Assembly: GCA_038496445.1 (NCBI GenBank)
Contig: JALMLS010000451.1
Coordinates: 62,001 to 126,000, forward strand
Origin: Trichosphaerium sp. ATCC 40318
Lineage: Eukaryota > Protista > Tubulinea
Reading direction: 5' to 3'
DNA: 64,000 bases
Part shown: in pieces, positions 1 through 11,462 of the stretch
How the letters are laid out: the number at the start of each line of letters is the position of its first letter
How positions within the stretch are numbered: the first letter of the stretch is position 1
Program-made: the position numbers and the translations under genes
Notes under the pieces: model-generated
What the model saw: only the letters and a program-made list of their open reading frames with translations
Database searches by the model: none
Told to the model about the DNA's origin: nothing

Positions 1-42
1 TTTACAGTTGCAGTCACGCATTTGGCACGACAATTTGACATT

Positions 43-1631
43 TCATTTTGCGTCGCCATTAAGAACTCTCATTTTGCTTGTAAAATCGTCCATGCTAATA
101 TAGCAGCCAAGCATTCTCCTGTTCCCTATAAATTCAGTTCGGCCTGGAATATCTTGTTAATGTAACCTTTGTCTTTATACAACGTACCATGCATTACACG
201 CCAATTGTTGGTGAGTAGCAACTCTCCTGGTTTAAGTTTTATTTGATAAGCGTATTCTGGATCTCTTATGAGGTCTAGGATGGCTTGAATGGTTGCATAG
301 TATAGTTTTAGCTTGTTCATGTTAGCGTAAGTTATTGAGATGTTGTGTACATACGTCAGCCAAACCTGGTGATGGTGGGCTCCTGTCGTAATTATTAAAT
401 CGGAATTGATAAATATGCCTAGTCGTAGGATCCAATTTGATTAAAGGTTGTCTAGACTTGTACGAAGTTTCCTTATCTTTATAAAAAAATTCAAAATTTG
501 GTTGTGTCATAAACTCAAACATCTTGGGTTCCTTGACGCGTAGTGCGTCACATATTTGGAATCTGAGATTGTGTTACGTGATTTACTATTGTATCTGACG
601 CACCCATCTACGAGCATATTCTCGCCTCCATCATTAGATTGCTCGATAACATGGAACGCCTGAACCCTGTAAAAACTAATTAATCTCGCCTTGATTGTTT
701 AGTTGTAAATTACCCAGGTGGTGTCTCTAAGTAGCATCCGTCTGTGTGCGGATCCAGATACCCATTTGAGTATGCAGTATCTGCATGTTCCATGTTAGGA
801 TCAGAGCTTTGTTTGACATCCCAAAAATCACCAAAGCATGAGTTTTGAAATACTCCAATCTTATCCAATGTCTTCCGTGTATCCTTCAATGAAGGTTACA
901 TAGTAGCAACCTAGAACGTTACTACTACATACCTTAAGTGATGTGGGAGTATTTTCGAGAATGGCAAAGCCGTTGGAGTGCAAAATCTTGAGCCATTTTC
1001 TCAATCCATTCTTGGTTGATAGTTCTTCGTGTTGTATTGATGGTATTTGGAGGTTTGATGCCTTCCAATGCCTCGTCTCTATCGCACCGTTTGCTTGCGA
1101 GTGTCCGCCATGTAATAGCGATAAATACTTGCCTACACGTTAAGTTATTTGGGTTTTTTTGCGTTTTTCTACGTACTTGTATAGGATGTTGATGTGCCAT
1201 CTGGCCAAGTAACAGATAGGACTTCTGGATCATCAAAATTGAAGGCATTGGGTGCAATGTCAATTGGTATCTAATTAAGAATTACGCGTGAATTTGGTAA
1301 AATGTTCGTTAACCGCAGCAGTGTCCACTTGTCTTTGACAGGTAGGGTTATCGAAATCGCTCTCTGCGTTGTCGCGCAACCACAAGAAAGGGAAATACTG
1401 CGCGCTTTGCTCGGAGTTGAATTCAACGCGTAATCCTTCCTTTTCGCTAACGTTGGTAAGTTTGCAAAGCGATTTAGCGTAAAAAAAACTAAAGTACCTT
1501 GTAACCTTTGAAATTACTGGATAGCGTGCTTTACGCGAATTTAAAGTTGCATACGCGTGTTTATGCTGTTTAAACCGCTCACAACGTTTTTCTACAATTC
1601 TCAGTTGTGAAAGACCGCGATACGTAATCAT
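43..1631 (-). CDS. Trimethyllysine dioxygenase / gamma-butyrobetaine hydroxylase family 2OG-Fe(II) oxygenase (multi-exon)
   Basis: Spliced motifs FPFLWLRDN, QRQVDT, YLDPHTDGCYLETPPG (HxD), GGENMLVDG, FRFNNYDR, NNWRVMHGR..GCYISMDD; basic N-terminus resembling a mitochondrial presequence. Confidence 0.9.
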
Positions 1632-1852
1632 TTCGTTATGCAAGGCTATAGCGCAAAGTAAGCAATTTCGACGAGAAAAGAATTATGGTACAACATTGCC
1701 TACCGCAATATTACGAATTCTTACACGTTGTAGATGTGCCTATGCGATTTTGCTATGTACTGAGCGAAAGGGTATGACCAGAATTGGATTTTAATGTTTC
1801 AAAAAAAAAACAGCTTAAAACAGTAAACAAGAAAGCTTTATTGGTAATTATT

Positions 1853-4510
1853 TTATTGCGTGTCTGTCTTCATTTTTTTACGCATACGCTTGCGGTACAC
1901 GTCATCTTTTACAGGCATTCTAGAACCCATATCCTCATGTCCATCATTATCATCTTTCGCACTCCTTTTATTAGGTCCCTATGCGTACACGTGAGATAAA
2001 GAACAGTTATTGGTGTTTTTATGTACCTTTTCGTCGTTTGGTTTAGGAAGTTCACGTTTTAATAGATGATCCATAATACCATTTACGTTTACTGCTGGTC
2101 CTCTCCACACCGCCTTAAATTGAATCAGACAACTGAGAAGCGAGAAAAAGTAGGTATATGGAGAGAAGGCGTACCTTACTAAAATAATCTACAAAATAGG
2201 CGAGTGCTAAAGGAAGGGCGCCCATAACTGCCATATCGGGTGTGTACTCCTTCATTTGGCTAAGGTCTGGTTTGAATATACCAGCTGTGTTTCGCGTAGC
2301 TTTAACAGCGAATCGATTGAAAACACTAGCAACAGTTAACTCGGCATGTGCCTCACGAAGGTACTAAATCGTACACGTCCTTCTCAGAGCCAGATTCTGT
2401 TTTGACACTTGGTTTAACCATAAAAGACGCCATTTCTTCATTCTTACAAGGCCAAATATCAAGGAACCTTATTGGGCTCAGGGTGCGATAATTATCAAAT
2501 ATCTGCGTACCGATAGCGATTTACTGTTGCCAAAATTGATTCAGGTTTATGTCCGTCTGGAAAACATTCTAACCTGCGTTGTTCTACCTTCGAAAGGATT
2601 CAGTTTTTGATGATTTTAAATAATCATACCTTTCTTACTGTATCGTATGTACCAGATGTATACTCAAGTTTAAGGTAACTGTTCCAAATTTCACGTGATT
2701 TCTCAGCAGGTACACGTGCAAGTACTTTTTCGAAGACGCTTCGCATATCTTTACAAATGATTAGTTAATACAAGAGGTTTTACATTTTGAATGACGTACT
2801 ATGAAGATCGTTCAAGTGGGTTAAAAATTCAAAGTAATGTTTGACAAAATTTGGTTCTTCAATAAAGTGTTTCAGACCAAACTCGAAGATCTTACGAGCA
2901 ACTTCAGGGTTATTGTTTACATGAAACTCAATCATTGCTATAAAAACATTGTTAACAATTACACTGAAGCCGAAAAAGATTGTGTGGTACCAGATGAAAC
3001 CCAAACATGATATGTTGCATTGCCTGAGCTTCTAGCTCGCCAAAATATCTGTCGTGAATGTTCTGGATCACCAGTACGTCTTGCAAAACGCATATATTGT
3101 ATCCACACCAATGGATCAGAAGGACGCTGTTTTACAGCTTCTTCATAAACCTGGCGATCCATAAGACGAGTATTTTATCTGAAATCAACGCACTGCTTTA
3201 GTCTCTTTGATGTGTTGCCTAGATTCATGATAATCACACAAAGCAAATCGTAAAAGTAAACAATCAGGAAGTGCTTCAATACCACGCTGATAAACTTCTA
3301 TGGCCTTCTCTACATTTCCAGTAGATGATACAAACTGTGCACACTCATACCACGCTTCTGGGTAGTGGTACAAGCACAAAAGGGCTTGGTTATATGTTAA
3401 CAATATCCTAGAGACTAAGTTGACTTCATCTAAACGTTGTGGATTGCTTTTTTCATAAGCGATTATGCGTTTCCACAACCGCAACTAAAAGCCATCAGAT
3501 TAACGCATTTACCTTGAAAAAACGTACCTGTTGCAAGTCATTAGAATCACCTCTTGGTGGTCTAGCGAGCATATTTTTATCAATGCCTTGCCAATATATT
3601 TTACGTTCACGATAAGCAGTTCGGGCGCTCATATATCCAGGGCCAAACTCGTTAATTAATTTCTTTGCAACAAGTTGGTTAAGAGAGTGCTCATACTGTC
3701 CATACTCCTTCCACAACTGTTCCAGATTATTCATAGGATTCGACACTGCGCGTTGGAATAGTCTACGTATTGTATCCATCCGCTGCCCTTCCTCATAAGG
3801 GTTCTCTGACTACAGTAAAAAAATGAGAAACTGAATTAAAAATATCATCGTTGCGTACAGGTAGTGATCTAACATAAGCGATGTAATCCATCCATATCTG
3901 CTTAGAGCTTATATCTCTACCAATATGTTGTAAAGCGTCTTCAAATGCGTTTAGTATTTCCTTGCTAGCGTTTGGTTGTGGGGCCTTAAATTCTAATACA
4001 TATTTTATATACGACTTCCAGAACTCCAAGTGCGGTGTCTTGTGTAGGTACTGTGCGAATATAGCCTCAGCCTGTTTATAATTTTTGCTTTGTATTTCAT
4101 GGTCAACCCATTGACGTAAGTAGCGACCCTAGGAGCAATTTAATATGTAATCATGTCATTATTGATGAAAAGCATTTTACATTTCATATTCAGCAAAAGT
4201 GTGTAATAAAAACAAACGTACAGCAGTTGGATAGATTGCTATAAACGCCTCATACTGACCGCGCACTTTGTCAATAGGCTGGTTTTGTACTTCCTTCATA
4301 AGTATATTCCATGCCTCTGTGTCGTATTTATCGCGTTCTGTAATGTGTTAGAGTGCCACAAGCGGTATATGACATGCCAATTCGCTCTTCCGCCTTTTCT
4401 GTTTTTGATTTAGGTTTAGTTGGTTTTTTACGGCCTTTGGTATGTCCAGTTGTATCTTCTGATATGTCCATGTCATCCGTTGTGTTGGAAGCAGATTTGC
4501 CTTGGACCAT
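1853..4510 (-). CDS. CSTF3: Cleavage stimulation factor 77 kDa subunit (Rna14/Suf, HAT repeats)
   Basis: HAT repeats: KYDTEAW, IRRLFQRAVSNPMNNLEQLWKEY, LWKRIIAYEKSNP, YNQALLCLYHYPEAW, VWIQYMRFARR, ARKIFEFGLK, C-terminal DDVYRKR. Confidence 0.93.
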
Positions 4511-4930
4511 TTAGTTTAAGCGCGCAACTCGTTAAATCGAGTGTTAGAGGTGCGTACTCATTGTAACAGACAAATATAAAAATCAACAAGCTCAAATAGC
4601 TTTTTTCTCCTTTGGTTCGCTTCCTTGCACGAGCTTGTGGATAAACGCACCAATCAACGACGAAATTAATGCTACTATTTACCTTAAATGACTGTATCGC
4701 CTTAACCAAACAATCTTTTGGTTTTACCACCTACTGTTGAGGCATTATTGTAACAGTAATTAGGCCAAATAGCCTTCACTGATTAGGATAAAATAGCTTT
4801 TGAGAGGTTGCACGTGCCTAAGCAGTGGAGAAAAACTGAGCTTGCGTGCCACAAATTGCACATACTTATACTACAAGTGCGTGTAAAAACAAGGCCGAAG
4901 TTTAAAAAATAGTGATTGTTGGTATTTATA

Positions 4931-7734
4931 TTACAAGCTCATCAAAGAGGCCATCATGTCCGTATGCAAATCATCAACGCTTTCGACCTTATCTTCTTCA
5001 ATATATTCGCATACCTTCTCTATACTAGGCCTTGACTCAGGGTTGTATCTAAAAAAATGTTAAGATATGATTGGTTAACCAACAACTCATCGTACTCCCA
5101 GCACATCTTCATTAAGGTTCGTATTTTAGAAGGTACAACAGTTTCATCCACATTAGGTGTATAACCCTAAAAACCCGGTTATGTTCTTGTCACTATGCAA
5201 ATAATGTACCGTGGATGTTATATCGGCTGCCAATTGCTGCAAATCTTGCGCAGATACCTCCCAATGAGGCTCTTTCTCCATGTATACCTCGTACAACAGA
5301 CATCCGAAATTCCAAATATCGCTTTTTGTTGTGAAAAAGTGCTCTATTGCTTCAGGACTCAACCTGTTAAGAATAGTTAGCACTTGTATTTTTTCCGCTT
5401 TTATTACCATCTAATAGAATCCGTGGAGTCTTGAGCAGGGTCAAGAACACGACTCAATCCATAATCACTAACAATTCGTTATTGCCTAGGCAGGGTTGTA
5501 GGACACGCACCTTATTTTAGGAACCATATTTTTGTCCAGTAGCATGTTGTGTGCCATTAAAGCTCTAAAGATGGTCGTCAGGCGTATAGTAAGGTAAAAA
5601 CATGATGCTACCTGTGAACAATTTGTAGACTGTGTAAATGCTCGAGACCTTTGCTAATACCAAGTACGATCTCATCTTTCTGTTTGATGTTCAAGGCGTT
5701 GCCATATAATAACTTATCTAAAGATGAACCTGGCATATACTCCAATATAAGCACATGGATTACAGAATGCTTTGTGGCCAATCCATAAATCTGAAATCCA
5801 GGAATATTAACATGAGATAAACAAACAAAAACTTATTCGTACGCGTAAGATATTCTTGTGAGGTGTACAAGACATCATCTTTGTGACTTCAGCTACGAAA
5901 TCGTCTTCTTCAGAAATATTCAAGCAAAACTTCAAAGCAACTTCCTTAGCTCTCCACGTGCCCTTTTTCACAACTCCAAAACTGCCTAAACATCATGTAA
6001 GAACAAGTTAAAAAAGCCAAGTTGTACCATTGCCAATCTCTTCTCCAGCATCTAGCTCTTCAAAGTCAATGGTGAGTCTGTCTCTTATACTACCAGCATT
6101 GAGGGAAGAGTCAAGCTCGACATAAGTGGTATCATCTTCAACCTCCTCGTGTAGCATGCCAGTAGCTTCTTGCATTTCAGCATATAAGGCATCATCCTTA
6201 TCACGTTTACGCTTTTGTTGACAGTAAAATACAGCATATAGTATTGTTAACAAAACTAGAATACCGCCAACAATGGCTCCCAGTGTTAACAGCTGATCTT
6301 TCTTACCAGAAGGAGCAATTGTAGTTGGTGCAACACTCGGTGGGCTAGAAGGTGTAGTGGCTTGCTTCGTAGGTGCGATTGAAGGAGCAACTGTTGTTGC
6401 TGCTTTTGTTGGTGGAGCAGTTGTTTGAGTGGTTGGCTGCTGTGTAGGCGTAACTGTTGTTGGCTGCTGCGTAGGTGCAATCGTTGTTGGTTGTTGAGTG
6501 GGTGCAACTGTTGTTGGTGTAACTGTTGTTGGTTGCTGCGTAGGCGGAACCGTTGTTGGCTGCTGTGTAGGCGTAGCTGTTGTCGGTTGCTGAGTGGGTG
6601 TAGCTGTTGTTGGTGCTATCGGTGGTGCGGATGTAGGTGCTATTGTTGTACCGTACACGGGTGTGTCAGCTTCTTGAGTTGGTGCCTCTGTTACAATAGG
6701 TGTTTGGGTAGTAATACAATTGGATGGAAAAGAGGCAGCACAAGATTGTAATTTGTTGTAACTGACGTCGCTAAACATAAATAAGAACTTGAGTCTGATG
6801 AGCCATTAGAACCTACCAGTTGGTTGCAAGGATTGTAAAGAAGGGACCACATTCAATATTATTGTTGCTGACTGAGCTGCAGTTGTGATTAGAGCACGTT
6901 CAAGACGCTAACGTACAAAGTAGTTAATTTTAGCTGAAGTTCTGGCAAATGTCCAGTAAGTTGGTTGTGGTCCAATAACCTTATGAAAAATCAGAGCTGT
7001 TAAAACACTAGACGTGTACAAAGAATCCAGGTCAATGAGTGTGTCCAAAGACGCCGGAATATTACCAGAAATTGATGTGTTGCGTATTGACAAGGTTATC
7101 AACGCTCTTAAACTACCAAGAGACTCTGGAAGCGTTCCGTTTAGTCTGGGCTGTTGTTCAATGCGCCTTGAACTAAATCAACAAAACAGGCATTAAAATC
7201 TTCTTGCGTACAAGGTTTTAAGTTTAGCTAATCCACCAATTGACGTTGGGATGGTACTGTGAAGATCCGTATTGATGAGTACCCTGGAGTGGTTAGTAAC
7301 AGGTTTATCTGTAGATATTAAAAAATTAGCGTACAACTCTGTCAGGCTATCGAGACTGCCAATTGATTCTGGAATTACACCAGAAATTGAGTCGTTTGTA
7401 AAGTTTCTGTACGAATGTTATGAGTGTCATCTTGAAAATTTACGCAAGACGTGCATTTGTACAATATTGGTTGAGTTATTGCCTTCGCTTGGGTTTGAAG
7501 CACATGTTATGCCGTTTAAGGTACATCCACTTTCAGCATCTATATTTTGCCACGCCGGTAGCTCCCCTAGTAAAGACGACGCGGCTAAGTCCTTATGACG
7601 GGTGTAAGCGAATATTTTGAAAGAGACGTTTAATTTACCTGTAGAAATGTAACCTCGTCGACAAGCAAAGTGCTATAACACGCTACAACAAAGGCTAACA
7701 AAACCACGATCGTAGGTTGTATTCGCAGTAGCAT
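4931..7734 (-). CDS. LRR receptor-like kinase (signal peptide, LRRs, Pro/Thr mucin stalk, single TM, TKL/Tyr-kinase-like domain; probable pseudokinase)
   Basis: N-terminus MLLRIQPTIVVLLAFVVACYS; plant-type LRRs (ISGVIPESIG, LNGTLPESLG, ISGNIPASL); TM LLTLGAIVGGILVLLTILYAVFYC; kinase motifs GNGSFG, EVALK, HRALMAHN, DYG, IRWLSPE, KSDIWNFG. Confidence 0.88.
6330..6650 (-). repeat. Coding tandem repeat, ~27 nt unit (PTQQPTTxx), mucin-like stalk
   Basis: Repeated PTQQPTT units in the 6008..6778 ORF. Confidence 0.9.
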
Positions 7735-7873
7735 TTTATCTGAGAAGTACAGCACTATCCCTTTCTTCAACAGACTGGCTTCAAATAAAATATCTCGAAA
7801 CCGTACAACTTAAACAGGTTGCTTCGACTTAATTTTTTGGTGCAAGTTTTGTTTTTTTTTTATTACAAGTATT

Positions 7874-10800
7874 TTACATGCAGAAGCTATCCTCATCCAC
7901 CATCGGAATATACATGAGGGCATTTGGTGGAGCATCCACGTCTGGTTTTGATGAGAAATGTCTGGAGTACTTTGACCCAGGGCAAGGTGTTGCCAAGCCT
8001 GTACGTTTACGAGCTTTACTTTGCTATTGTTCACATTAATAAGTGTGTTTCAATTAAAGCGTGTGACATACCTTAGACAAAAGAGATTGAATTGAATCTG
8101 AACTATACGTTGTTTTACCAGCTTTTGTCTCGGCTACTATATTGTATTTAGCCTTGCCATCTTCTACTGACTTTAAAATTCTGGCATCCACAATACCAGT
8201 TTTTGATACCTTGGAAGGATGAGTTTGTTTCACGCGAGCAAACTTACCTTTGCAATTGAGAAGGGATATTCGTCTGGATTAGAGTGAGATACGCGAATGA
8301 GGAACGAACCACGTGGGCGAGCACTCAATCTCTCAGCAGCTAGTGAACTTATAAGCATGTTATACTATAGACAAACATTACCTTCAGCCATAGTTATATC
8401 TCCATGAAACCATGTGTGTTTCATGATTTTGTAGGCATTAGTCACAAAGGTAGCCCCGCTATCGTGAACTGCAGGACCAAACCATTTCAATACCAAACCC
8501 AAACGCGCAATGTGTACTTTGTTACCAGGGGTAACATCTATTTCAAACAGTTAGCAAGATATTGTTCGCTAGTTTTTGTAGACATACGCAATATCAATTT
8601 TAATGCACTCTTTTGACGTTCAGGGATAGGGCTCTCAAATAGCTGTTCAAAATTGTAAACCAACTCATCGAAATCAACTGAGTTTTTGCCAAGCCAATGC
8701 TCGGCCCACATCTCAGCGATATCTCCGCTTAAGTGCGTGTATATCGTAACCCTCTCAAGGTAAGAAATAACGTCCTCAAAACTTGGTCTGGTGAAAAGTT
8801 AGCTTTGGCTCACAACATGATGTCATACCGCTCCGCAGGATCTTCATCCCATCCAGCTTGTAGCAGTGCTTCCATGTGCTCGTTTTCTATCAATTGTAGG
8901 CTTGGCCGTTCCTAGAGGCAGTTAGAATAACTGCAAGCTGTACAAAAAACGAACCCCTCTTTGGGTGACAGCCTCAACAACATCTCTGACTTTAGGCAAA
9001 TGTTTGAACGGTTCTTGTTGAGTTAACATCTCCCATACTACAATTGCATAACTGCACTACATTAAAACTCTACCAAAGTTATTATTACGCATACCTGTAA
9101 ACATCCACTTTTTCGTTCAATGGCTTGCCAAGCATGACTTCAGGCGCCATCCACAAAGGCTATAAGCTGAGTTAATATCGATTGTCAAAAGTGTTGCAAA
9201 AAATCGACAAAAACAATAAAGCTCCGAGTAAGCTAAAAACGTACAGTTCCAGGTGCAAACTCTTCGTCATGTAAGTGTTTTGATCGTCGTAAAATTTGGC
9301 TCAAGCCAAAATCGCATATTTTTACAGTCCAATTATCACCAACGAGAATATTACTAGGTTTTAAATCTCTGTGAATCTGAAAGAAAAAACGGTAAATAAC
9401 AACTGTAACTTATATAGCGTTATTTAGACGCACAATCTGTGGTTTTGATCTATGTAGCCAATTCATGCCTTGAGCGATTTGTTTGGCGAAGTTCAACTGT
9501 GGAAGGCGTTAAACAGTGATGATAGTAAAGGCAAAGCTCACCTTTCTTTGAAACGTTAAACCTCCAGCGTAAATTATCTGTTCTAAATTGCCTCTGGCGA
9601 TGTACTCTGTTACAATAGCAAGGTTACCAGGCGTGGTACATGCTCCCATATATAACACAATATTTGGGTGTCTCGCGTGTCTAAAAGGCGGTTAACAATA
9701 TACCAATTTTTTTGTACAAACTAGTTTTTCTTTCCAAAACTGACACGTACATCATAATAGCTACCTCCTTGCGAAATTCTTCAGCGGCTACCTTATCATC
9801 TTCAAGATTAAATAACTTTTTAATTGCCACTACCTTTCCTCTACACTTTCCAACGTATACCTGCGCCACAAATAAGAATAAACAAATACTGTTTTGATTC
9901 TGCTTTTTTGTGAACCCGGATCACAAACAAAACCAAAAATAAACGAAACCCTCTCAAAAAAACTCACCGAACCGTGTACGCCTCGTCCTATTTCTGTATC
10001 ACACACTAATTCTTTAGATGATATTTCCGGTGTTTGAATGCTAACGGCTTCGCTTGAAAGTGTCCGAATTAGGTTTGGAGCGAGCATACTTCTTCTGTTC
10101 TGCTGTACAAAAAAAAAATTAAACAATCATCATCCTCTCCTGTTAGTGACACGTACAGCTTTCTTTGTCTCATTTTGTGCTGAGTTAGGAGTAGCTGGGC
10201 TCGAATTAGGACGCTTACGTTTGTCACGGGCCAGCACTGTTGTTTCTAGTTTTTTAAAGTACGCTTGCAACTCTACAAAATAGAAACATAAATATTTCAC
10301 TGCAAGAAAGAGCTGTCGTGCCTTTAATTGCAAGTGCAGTGATTGGATAGTTAGTGCCAGTGTATTTCGTAAAGGCCTTCGGTCTCTCAAGTGGTGGCAC
10401 GTCATGCTCTTCCCACAAAGCGAACATTTTTTTGAACAGCTTTTGTACGCGCCTGCGCTTACGATTTACTCTACGTGATAGAGCATCGAATTGACGATCC
10501 AACTCTAATTAGAAGGTAAGTTTAAAAAAAGTTGCAAGGTTTTGATGCATAATTATTTTTTTGATTGTTTGTTTGAAATTCTTAATTACCTTCAAGGATA
10601 GCAATAGAGTACCCTCGTTTTCTATTGTGGCAAGTTAGATGAGTATTTGAAGCTTATTTTAGTGTACCCGCTTTGATAATCATGGACATTTGATGTAAGT
10701 GTAATTCCAAGAGCCTTGGCGTGTTGCTGCATTAGATCAAATAGCCCGTCTATTTTCTGCTGCCGCAAATTTTTTAATCCCTTCGCGTGTTCTATCTGCT

Positions 10801-11119
10801 TTTGTAGACCACTTAAATCATCTGCTGGCGTTTCTCCGGCATGTTCCAAGGTGCTGCGACGCGTTTAAACAAAATATTGCCGAAATGCGTTGTAACCAGC
10901 TAAACCTACGTACCTCCACAAATTCGTCAACAGCTCTACACTTTCACGTTTTATAGCTTGCTTTTCTCTTTTTAAAATGTTTTCAAACAACGACATGAGC
11001 TGGCCATCTACTGCGCCGAGCCTACGCTCCCTGGCTTCTGGGGTGAGAGCTACCAAGTCCCATAACCTATTCAATTGTGCAAGGTACTTGGGCTTTAGAA
11101 AGCATTCACTGTCGCCCAT
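7874..11119 (-). CDS. TKL-family kinase with C-terminal SH2 domain (Dictyostelium Shk-like) and an N-terminal helical PRC1/MAP65-like region
   Basis: Kinase motifs [35 protein letters not shown]; SH2 [21 protein letters not shown]; Shk-like tail PCPGSKY. Confidence 0.88.
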
Positions 11120-11462
11120 TAATTGGTTGGTTGATGCTTCACTCGCAGTCGTAGTTGTTAGTGAGGTCGCACCGGGTAAATTGCTTGTCAACTTGGGTAA
11201 GGCTTCAAATATGGAAAAATATTCTCAGACTAGGTTTTAATTTATACCAGAGTGCTTCCACACGCCGTAAATTCCTTCACGAAGCAACATACAATAAACT
11301 CCTACAAGTATTTTTTTTACTGCGCGCTAATAGTACATTTTGTAGCGACAACACTTACTTTGCGGAAGCGTGTCCTATTTTTTTCATTGATGGGATTTTC
11401 GGGCATTCTCGCCACCCAAAAAATACGGCAGCCATGCAGTACTTGCAGTATCTATTTTCTCA

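Noticed and set aside
6286-6751. Cys/Trp-rich ORF 6425..6751 (+) and Gln-rich ORF 6286..6507 (-)
   Set aside because: Shadow frames of the PTQQPTT mucin repeat
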